Positions 9,221 through 16,298 of a stretch of 20,000 nt of DNA are shown here, one piece after another. Positions within the stretch are counted from its first letter, which is position 1, and every line of letters starts with the position of its first letter. The stretch lies in sequence record DRR723986_9628; one strand, written 5' to 3'. The notes under the pieces were generated by a model. The model did no database searches. It saw nothing but the letters and a program-made list of their open reading frames with translations, and was not told the origin of the DNA. A program made the translations under genes and the position numbers.

Positions 9221-11581
9221 ATGCTCAAAAACTACTTTAAAATCGCCTGGAGAAATATCGTTAGAAGTAAAGGTTACGCTTTCATCAATATCGGAGGATT
9301 GGGTGTTGGGATGGCGTCAGCTATTCTGATTTTGCTGTGGATACAGAATGAGGTGAGTATGGATCGGGAGCATCCCAAGTCGGACCGAATCTATCGAATG
9401 TATAACAGGGATACGTTTAGCGGCGAACTATGGGCATGGGGTACAACTCCCAAAATAATGGGGCCTACGCTAGAAAAGGACTATCCAGAAGTAGAGCATG
9501 CGGTTCGGATCAATCATGCCAATTTCCTTTTCACAGTTGGAGATAAGAAAATGAACGAATCAGGTTCTTTCATTGATCCGGATTTTTTGGATGTGTTTGA
9601 TTTTCCTATGCTCCAAGGCAATAGTTCTACTGCCTTGGAAGATCCGTATAACATGGTGGTCACTGAAGACTTTGCCAAAAAATTGTTTGGTACTGAGATG
9701 GCTGTGGGGCAAACAGTCAAGATCGATAGTACAGATATTTTTACAGTGACGGGAGTTTTGGAGAATTTGCCAAATAATACGCGCTTCCAGTCTGATTACT
9801 TTCTATCGTGGGCTTACATGAAAAAACTGGGTTGGGATGACGAATGGTGGGGAAATAACTCCGTCGAGAACTATGTACTGCTCTCAGAAAATGCTTCCCA
9901 TGAGGCATTCAACGAGAAAGTAATAAACATTACCAAGGAACATACCAACGGGGAGAATACAGCAGATGTATTTAGCTATCCGCTTTCACAGATACACCTT
10001 TATGGAAAAAGCGAGAACGGGCAGCTCGTAGGAGGAAGGATTGTGACAGTCCGAATGTTTGGATTTATCGCATTGTTTATTCTGGTCATTGCCTGTATCA
10101 ACTTTATGAATCTGAGCACTGCTCGAAGTGAAAAGAGAGCCAAGGAAGTAGGTTTGAGAAAAGTCGTAGGAGCTAGAAAAACTTCTCTTATCGCACAGTT
10201 TATTGGGGAAAGCACGCTGATCGCGTTGATCGCTGGGGTTTTGGCAATCCTTCTGGTGGAGCTGGCGCTTCCTTCCTTTAATAAACTGATTGGTAAGCAG
10301 CTATTTCTTCCATACACGGAGGTGATTTTCTGGCTTCAGTTGATCAGCTTTATATTGCTTACTGGCCTTTTAGCAGGAAGTTATCCTGCATTTTTCCTCT
10401 CCTCGTTTAGTCCAGTGAATGTGCTTAAAGGAACTTTCCGTTCAGCTGCTTCGGCGGTTAATCCCCGAAAAATACTGGTTGTGATACAGTTTAGCTTTGC
10501 TATTATTCTAATCGTCTCTACGATCATTATTCAGCGTCAAATAAGTCACGCTCAAAACCGTGAGCTGGGTTATAATCAGGATAACCTGATTTTTATCAAC
10601 ATGCAGGGTGATATAGAGAAGCATTATAGTGCGATCAAACAAGCACTTCTTTCTAGTGGCTCCAGCCTTGCGGTCACGCAATCGATGAGTCCGATTACTC
10701 AGCGCTACAGTGATGGCTGGGGGTATTCTTGGGAAGGTAGTACGCCAGAGGATGAAAAACTTGATTTCATTCGGTTCAGTGCAGATGCTGATTTCATGAA
10801 AGTAATGGGCACCAAGTTGGTAGAAGGTAGAGACATAGATATCTATGAATTTGCTAGTGATTCTACAGCGATTTTATTGAATGAAACAGCGATAAGAAAA
10901 ATGGGGTTGGAAAATCCTTTGGGGCAGATAGTTTCTGATGGAGAAGATAACTATACGGTAGTTGGCATCATTGAGGATTTTATTTTCGAATCCCCTTATG
11001 ATCCAGTTAACCCCTTAATGGTATTTGGACCATCTTCCTGGTTCAGTTACCTACATATCCGTCTCAATCCTGATCAACCTGTAGCAGATAATCTCGCTAA
11101 AATTCAGAGCGTTTTTGAAGAGTTTAACCCAAATTTCCCTTTTGAATACCAATTTGCCGATGAGCAATATGCCAGGAAATTTGATGATACAGCTCGAACG
11201 GCAAAGCTTTCCATTGTCTTTACTATTCTGACTATTGTGATTTCATGTTTGGGGTTATTTGGACTTTCCACGTACATGGCTGCCAATCGTCTGAAGGAAA
11301 TAGGAGTGAGAAAAGTGCTTGGAGCAAGTGTAGGCAGTATATCACTATTACTTTCTAAGGACTTCTTAAAGCTGGTTGGAATTGCATTTCTGTTTTCAGT
11401 TCCTATTGCCTGGTATATCATGGATCAATGGCTTCAGGATTATCAATACAGCGTGGGAGTAGAATGGTGGGTTTTTGTCGCCACTGGTATGGTCACGATG
11501 TTTATCGCATTGCTCACCGTAGGTTTTCAGTCTATCAAAGCAGCACTGACGAATCCGGCAAGGACGCTGAAGAGCGAGTGA
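9221..11581 (+). CDS. ABC transporter permease, MacB/FtsX family, 786 aa
   Basis: MLKNYFKIAWRN; ACINFMNLSTARSEKRAKEVGLRKVVGA; ISCLGLFGL..KEIGVRKVLGAS; C-terminal NPARTLKSE. Confidence 0.93.
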   Translation: MLKNYFKIAWRNIVRSKGYAFINIGGLGVGMASAILILLWIQNEVSMDREHPKSDRIYRMYNRDTFSGELWAWGTTPKIMGPTLEKDYPEVEHAVRINHANFLFTVGDKKMNESGSFIDPDFLDVFDFPMLQGNSSTALEDPYNMVVTEDFAKKLFGTEMAVGQTVKIDSTDIFTVTGVLENLPNNTRFQSDYFLSWAYMKKLGWDDEWWGNNSVENYVLLSENASHEAFNEKVINITKEHTNGENTADVFSYPLSQIHLYGKSENGQLVGGRIVTVRMFGFIALFILVIACINFMNLSTARSEKRAKEVGLRKVVGARKTSLIAQFIGESTLIALIAGVLAILLVELALPSFNKLIGKQLFLPYTEVIFWLQLISFILLTGLLAGSYPAFFLSSFSPVNVLKGTFRSAASAVNPRKILVVIQFSFAIILIVSTIIIQRQISHAQNRELGYNQDNLIFINMQGDIEKHYSAIKQALLSSGSSLAVTQSMSPITQRYSDGWGYSWEGSTPEDEKLDFIRFSADADFMKVMGTKLVEGRDIDIYEFASDSTAILLNETAIRKMGLENPLGQIVSDGEDNYTVVGIIEDFIFESPYDPVNPLMVFGPSSWFSYLHIRLNPDQPVADNLAKIQSVFEEFNPNFPFEYQFADEQYARKFDDTARTAKLSIVFTILTIVISCLGLFGLSTYMAANRLKEIGVRKVLGASVGSISLLLSKDFLKLVGIAFLFSVPIAWYIMDQWLQDYQYSVGVEWWVFVATGMVTMFIALLTVGFQSIKAALTNPARTLKSE

Positions 11582-11585
11582 TGGG

Positions 11586-11683
11586 GAGTATCAAGTATCA
11601 AGACAAAAGTATCAAGATGTTAGAATCAAGTATTAAGCATCAAGACATTAGATTTTAGAATCAAGAGGCTAGAGCCAAGATTT
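11586..11683 (+). repeat. Degenerate 7-nt tandem array (NAG-NNNN), 14 units
   Basis: gagtatc aagtatc aagacaa aagtatc aagatgt tagaatc aagtatt aagcatc aagacat tagattt tagaatc aagaggc tagagcc aagattt. AG is invariant in all 14 units. Confidence 0.9.
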
Positions 11684-11726
11684 CGATTTCACGCCACGGC
11701 GATGCAAGCTGCTCAGTCTGACACCT

Positions 11727-11824
11727 ATTACAACTTTGTCACTTTCCCACACCTGAACTCCTAATTTTCAAATCCGCCACGGCGGACAAGTTATTTCAAT
11801 TTTCCAATCTTTCAATCTTAAAAA
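11727..11824 (+). repeat. Pyrimidine-rich 8-nt degenerate array upstream of ATG 11826, interrupted by a GC-rich mini-palindrome
   Basis: attacaac tttgtcac tttcccac acctgaac ... tttcaaat [ccgccacggcggacaagtt] atttcaat tttccaat ctttcaat cttaaaaa. Confidence 0.78.
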
Positions 11825-11825
11825 A

Positions 11826-14234
11826 ATGTGGAAAAACTACCTTAAAATCGCCTTCAGAAATATCAGGAAGAACAAGCTTTTTTCCTTTCTGAATATTGCC
11901 GGACTGTCCATAGGAATGGCGGTTTGTATTCTCATCATGCTTTTTGTGAATTATGAGCGGAATTTTGATAGCATTCACACCAAGAATATCTATCGTTTAG
12001 ACGAAGTGCAGAATTGGGAAGGTATGGTGGCACCACAGAAAGTAGCCTTGTCCATGTATCCTATGGGACCAACTTTACTGGACGAATTTCCTGAAATAGA
12101 TAATTATACCCGGATCACTCAGAATGGAGAGATGAGGCTGCTACATGAGGAGAAGCAAGTGGTTTTGGCTACTACACTTTCTGCTGACGATTCCTTCTTT
12201 GCTCTGTTTGATTTTCAAATCTTGGCAGGAGATCCTGAAAATGCCTTAAAGGAGCCTTATAGTATTGTGTTGACCACTTCCAGTGCGGAAAAGATTTTTG
12301 GAAATGAACCTGCACTAGGCAAAGTATTACCTGTGGCTAATCAGGATAGTACTTTTTTCACCGTGACAGGGATTATGGCTGATATTCCCGATAATTCCCA
12401 TTTGCAGTTTGAAGGCTTAGTTTCTCTGAATACCTATGCTGGGCCTCAGGCAATGGGAAATTGGGGAGGAAATTGGTTGACTACTTACTTGGAATTGAGT
12501 GAAGGGGCGGATATTGAAGGAATGGAATCGAAATTCCCTGCTTTTTTGGTTTCCCATATGGGAGAAGAAGGAGCAGGTGGGTATGAGCTTTTTCTTCAAC
12601 CTCTAAGTGAAGTCCATGCAGGATCTACAGATATCACTCATGATTATATCAATTACCAAAAATTTGACGGAGCCTATACCCGGATATTTTTCTACATCGC
12701 GTTGATCGTGCTATTTATCGCTGGGATCAATTTTGTGAATTTATCCTCTGCCAAATCAATAAGCCGTGCCATGGAGATCGGTGTGAGAAAAGCTTCCGGC
12801 GCTTCCAAGACTCAATTGTATTTGCAATTTATCGGTGAGTCCATTGTGATCAGCTTGATGGCCATGTTACTTGCAGCTGTTTTCGTATTTCTGGCATTAC
12901 CCTTATTAAACCAATTCAGTCAGCGCCAACTTGAATTTCCTTTATTTACTAATCCTTTATTCTTTGGATTTATGCTGCTGGGGGCTGTTATGGTAGGAAT
13001 TCTTTCCGGTTTGTATCCTGCGCTTTACTTATCCAGTTTTAATCCAGTGAACGTATTGAAAGGCTCTCCAGTAAGTGGTAAAAGGAAGGCTGATTTCAGA
13101 AATGTTTTGGTAGTCGTGCAGTTTAGCAGTGCTATTTTCCTGATTATTTCTACTTTGTTTGCTTCTCGGCAGGTAAGGTTCATGCAGGAAAAGGACCTTG
13201 GGTTTTCACATGAACAAGTAATAACAATTCCGTTTGGTCAGCGATACACTGAGCGGTATGAGACATTGAAACAGGCTTTGCTTGGAAGCTCGCAAGTGCA
13301 AGATGTCACTGCTTCCGGACAGCGACTTGGCAATAATCTTCACCAGACAGGAATTACATTTCACGGATCAGGACCAGCAGTAAATCTGGCTACGTCGCAG
13401 GTTGTAGTGGATCCTAATTTTTTGGATGTGTATGAAATTGAATTGATAGCGGGGAGAAATTTTAACGACACTGAGGCAGACAATGGAAATACCTATCTGA
13501 TCAATGAGTCCCTCGCCAAAGAGCTTATTTTGAAAGATGGAGAGGGTAGGGATATCGAGTCATTGATAGGTTCGCAATTTGGATTCAGCGGAATGGACTC
13601 GGCAGGTAGGATAGTGGGAGTGGTAAAGGATTTCAACTTTAATTCTCTCCATCATAAAATCGAAACCTTGACCATTTTTAATCAGCGCAATTGGGGTTTT
13701 GAGGAATTATCTGTAAAAATAAGTGGAGATAATGTCCCTGAAGCGCTTGCCCAGATCGAATCCATCTGGAATACCCAAATCCCTGAGCGGGAATTTGAGT
13801 ATCAGTTTTTGGACGATCACTTTACAGAATTGTATAGAGCTGACCAAACGGTAAATACCATCGTTGGCATGCTGACGGGGCTTTCCATTCTGATTTCCTG
13901 TTTGGGGCTTTTTGGACTAGTCTCATTCACTTTGGAGCAGCGCGTTAAGGAAATAGGAATCAGAAAAGTGCTGGGGGCATCAGTGACCACGGTGGTCGCT
14001 ATACTTTCCAAGGACTTTATCAAACTGGTATTGGTTGCTATCGTACTTGCCGTTCCGGTTTCCTGGTATGTGGTGAATCAGTGGATTCAGGATTTTGCCT
14101 ATAGAATCGACATTGAGTGGTGGGTATTTGCAGTTTCAGGTTTGGTAGCCATACTAATAGCCTTAGCAACTGTGAGTTCCCAGGCATTTAAAGCAGCGAT
14201 TAGGAATCCGGTGGATAGTTTGAAGAGTGAGTGA
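11826..14234 (+). CDS. ABC transporter permease, MacB/FtsX family, 802 aa
   Basis: MWKNYLKIAFRN; AGINFVNLSSAKS..EIGVRKASGA; KDLGF; ISCLGLFGL..QRVKEIGIRKVLGAS; C-terminal NPVDSLKSE. Confidence 0.93.
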   Translation: MWKNYLKIAFRNIRKNKLFSFLNIAGLSIGMAVCILIMLFVNYERNFDSIHTKNIYRLDEVQNWEGMVAPQKVALSMYPMGPTLLDEFPEIDNYTRITQNGEMRLLHEEKQVVLATTLSADDSFFALFDFQILAGDPENALKEPYSIVLTTSSAEKIFGNEPALGKVLPVANQDSTFFTVTGIMADIPDNSHLQFEGLVSLNTYAGPQAMGNWGGNWLTTYLELSEGADIEGMESKFPAFLVSHMGEEGAGGYELFLQPLSEVHAGSTDITHDYINYQKFDGAYTRIFFYIALIVLFIAGINFVNLSSAKSISRAMEIGVRKASGASKTQLYLQFIGESIVISLMAMLLAAVFVFLALPLLNQFSQRQLEFPLFTNPLFFGFMLLGAVMVGILSGLYPALYLSSFNPVNVLKGSPVSGKRKADFRNVLVVVQFSSAIFLIISTLFASRQVRFMQEKDLGFSHEQVITIPFGQRYTERYETLKQALLGSSQVQDVTASGQRLGNNLHQTGITFHGSGPAVNLATSQVVVDPNFLDVYEIELIAGRNFNDTEADNGNTYLINESLAKELILKDGEGRDIESLIGSQFGFSGMDSAGRIVGVVKDFNFNSLHHKIETLTIFNQRNWGFEELSVKISGDNVPEALAQIESIWNTQIPEREFEYQFLDDHFTELYRADQTVNTIVGMLTGLSILISCLGLFGLVSFTLEQRVKEIGIRKVLGASVTTVVAILSKDFIKLVLVAIVLAVPVSWYVVNQWIQDFAYRIDIEWWVFAVSGLVAILIALATVSSQAFKAAIRNPVDSLKSE

Positions 14235-14330
14235 GCTTGGAGTATAAAGTATCTAGACATATGTATCAAGATAGTGGAGCCACGAGTCGAGAATCAAGAT
14301 GTTAAAAACCAAGGATTAGAGTTAAGACTT
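14233..14330 (+). repeat. Degenerate 7-nt tandem array (NAG-NNNN) after the third permease stop
   Basis: gagcttg gagtata aagtatc tagacat atgtatc aagatag tggagcc acgagtc gagaatc aagatgt ... aaggatt ... aagactt. Confidence 0.82.
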
Positions 14331-14363
14331 TGCTACCATAGAAACTTGCAACTTAACTTTCAA

Positions 14364-14437
14364 GCCGCCTTTTGTGTCATCACGAACGGCAAACTTTCCT
14401 AGGGTTACTTCGGTTTGTGAAGATACAAACCAAGGTG
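14364..14437. repeat. Pair of inverted REP-like palindromes between convergent genes
   Basis: Copy 1 (+) gccgccttttgtg-tcat-cacgaacggc (14364-14390). Copy 2 (-) ccttggtttgta-tctt-cacaaaccgaag (14408-14435). Both share the core TTTGTR-TCWT-CACRAAC. Confidence 0.55.
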
Positions 14438-14448
14438 AAGATTTCATT

Positions 14449-14814
14449 TTAAGCTTTCCTCAGTATCTTCTCCATTTTTCTCCCTTTGGCCAACTCATCT
14501 ACGATCTTGTCAAGGTAGCGTACTTTCTGAGTAAGAGTATTTTCGATTTCCTGAACTTTATAGCCACAGATGGAGCCAGTGATTAGGCTGGCATTAGGGT
14601 TGAGTTTTGCTTCCGCAAAGAATTGCTCAAAAGTTGACTTTACTTCGATTTGGTTTTGAATGCCTTGTTCATCAAAACCAGTTAGCCAAGTAATGACCTC
14701 ATGCAATTCGGCTTTGGTCCTTCCTTTTCGCTCCACTTTGGTGACATAATGTGGATAGACCGAAGAGAAAGTCATTTTCGCAATTTTCTCATCGTGGTGA
14801 CTGGTGCTGCTCAT
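14449..14814 (-). CDS. DUF2200 family protein, 121 aa
   Basis: [43 protein letters not shown] and YLDK.VDELAKG match my recollection of the DUF2200 consensus. Confidence 0.88.
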   Translation of the reverse strand: MSSTSHHDEKIAKMTFSSVYPHYVTKVERKGRTKAELHEVITWLTGFDEQGIQNQIEVKSTFEQFFAEAKLNPNASLITGSICGYKVQEIENTLTQKVRYLDKIVDELAKGRKMEKILRKA

Positions 14815-14866
14815 AATTGTTTAGAGTTGATCATGAAATAACAATATACTAGTGCTTAAAATACTT

Positions 14867-14968
14867 TTCCCAAATGCGGACAAAATTGTTCGGTGTTTAC
14901 GGTTAAAAATAGTGGCTTAATGCCAAATAGAGCCATTTTAATGCTTTCTAGATGGCATGGAAGTGGAA
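14867..14968 (+). promoter_or_regulatory. Putative sigma54-type promoter with upstream palindromic activator site (copy B)
   Basis: CGGACA-AAAT-TGTTCG (14877-14892). TGGCATGGAAGTGG (14953-14966) starts 76 nt after it, the same spacing as copy A. Confidence 0.58.
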
Positions 14969-15004
14969 GGGATTTGTCTATTGAGGTTGGAAGTTTGAAA
15001 AATC

Positions 15005-15075
15005 TAGAACCAAGAGTCAAGATGCCCAGAGGAGCTTCACAACCTTTCAACCTTTCAACCTTTCAACATTACAAC
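15005..15075 (+). repeat. Short 7-mer array followed by an 8-mer array in the leader of the orphan gene
   Basis: tagaacc aagagtc aagatgc (15005-15025), then ttcacaac ctttcaac ctttcaac ctttcaac attacaac (15036-15075). Confidence 0.8.
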
Positions 15076-15132
15076 TTTCTACCACTTTATCTCCAATTCA
15101 TGAATTAATCCTTACCCAAAACACACAAACAC

Positions 15133-15414
15133 ATGAGTCACATCGCCATTCCAATCCCGAATCTACCTGGAAAACAGAATATTGATATTCAGGTAATCAT
15201 CAACAATGAGGTAAAGTCACTACACTACAAAGTAGAATTGTTTTACTGGGATGATTGTCTGAATCCTACTGCTCACAGAGCAGATTGTATCTCCGAAATG
15301 CTCACCAAACATGATCCAAACTGGACCGTTTATTATATCGGTGCTCCAACGGATAAGTTTGTGCCGATCACGTTTGTGAATCGGGAGAGTAAAAAGTGGA
15401 TGCAGGTAAGGTGA
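15133..15414 (+). CDS. Hypothetical small soluble protein, 93 aa
   Basis: Stand-alone ATG ORF with an A/C-rich upstream region and protein-like composition. It has its own putative promoter and overlaps no other gene. Confidence 0.75.
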   Translation: MSHIAIPIPNLPGKQNIDIQVIINNEVKSLHYKVELFYWDDCLNPTAHRADCISEMLTKHDPNWTVYYIGAPTDKFVPITFVNRESKKWMQVR

Positions 15415-15498
15415 TAGGTGAGAATATAAATTTGATTTTCGCTTTAATACCTCACTTCACTTGTTAATGATTTTGATGTGTTTATAAGTTGTTATATG

Positions 15499-16056
15499 TC
15501 ACAATAATCCTTCAATTACCTCAGGGAAGTGCTTATGCTCCAATGCATGCACTTTTTCGGCGATGGAATCTGGTGTGTCCTCTGAAGTGAGTGGGGTAGA
15601 AGCCTGAAACACGATTCTTCCCTCGTCGTAGTTTTCATTGACAAGATGAATGGTGATGCCTGTTTCTGTATCTCCAGCAGCTTTTATAGCTTCGTGGACA
15701 AAACTTCCATACATGCCTTTTCCTCCGTATTTGGGTAAAAGAGCTGGATGAATGTTCACCATTCGATCAGGGAAAGCTCTGGTTAACTCAACCGGGATTT
15801 TCAGTAAAAAGCCTGCCAGAATCACCCAATCAATATTTTCTTCCTGTAATTTCTCAAGCAAAACACCAGCATCCATTTCTTTTCTGGAAAAAGTAAAAGT
15901 AGGAACGTCGAATTTCTTTGCCCGCTCCAATACAAAAGCATCTGACTTATTTGAAGCAACCAATGCTATTTCTGCAATTTTTGAATTCTGGAAATGCTCC
16001 ATGATTTTTTCAGCATTACTACCAGATCCTGAAGCTAAGATTGCGAGACGTTTCAA
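15499..16056 (-). CDS. purN: Phosphoribosylglycinamide formyltransferase
   Basis: ASGSGSNAE phosphate-binding loop, LAGFL, NIHPALLP, TGITIH.V...YDEG, EH near the C-terminus; TTG start. Confidence 0.96.
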   Translation of the reverse strand: MKRLAILASGSGSNAEKIMEHFQNSKIAEIALVASNKSDAFVLERAKKFDVPTFTFSRKEMDAGVLLEKLQEENIDWVILAGFLLKIPVELTRAFPDRMVNIHPALLPKYGGKGMYGSFVHEAIKAAGDTETGITIHLVNENYDEGRIVFQASTPLTSEDTPDSIAEKVHALEHKHFPEVIEGLL

Positions 16057-16117
16057 GGGAATATTTGATTTTGATGGGTTGATGCGAAATTAAGGGAAAT
16101 CTACTGTAGCGCAGGGT

Positions 16118-16215
16118 AACCTTTGAGGTTTTTTTCTAACCTCGAAGGTTTTCGAGTAGAAGACCTTCGAGGAGATCCCAAACCCTCTGGCGTTTGGGAT
16201 TACACCTCAAAGGTC
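16118..16215. repeat. Doublet of REP-like palindromes, the second with a nested palindromic insert
   Basis: aacctttgaggtt-N7-aacctcgaaggtt (16118-16150). gaccttcgagg...cctcaaaggtc (16162-16215) encloses atcccaaac-cctctggc-gtttgggat (16175-16200). Confidence 0.75.
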
Positions 16216-16256
16216 ATTTCCGGCCAATTTTTCAATCTTTCCATAAAGAAAAGGGA

Positions 16257-16298
16257 AGGGCTATAAACTCAAAACTGACCACTGAAAACTGCGAACTA
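16257..16298 (-). repeat. 7-nt NAG-NNNN array on the minus strand starting at the proA stop codon
   Basis: The minus strand reads TAGttcg cagtttt cagtggt cagtttt gagttta tagccct. Confidence 0.75.

Noticed and set aside
11428-11658. 76-aa ORF ending ..SIKYQDKSIKMLESSIKHQDIRF
   Set aside because: It overlaps the permease out of frame, and its repetitive tail is just the heptamer array translated.
519-14330. CRISPR-array interpretation of the intergenic repeats
   Set aside because: Units are 7-8 nt and contiguous, with no 23-47 nt direct repeats, no unique spacers and no cas genes.
14893-15108. 71-aa ORF with QPFNLSTFQHYNF (possible leader peptide)
   Set aside because: The GTG start lies upstream of the predicted promoter, and the sequence is the translation of the 7-mer and 8-mer repeats.
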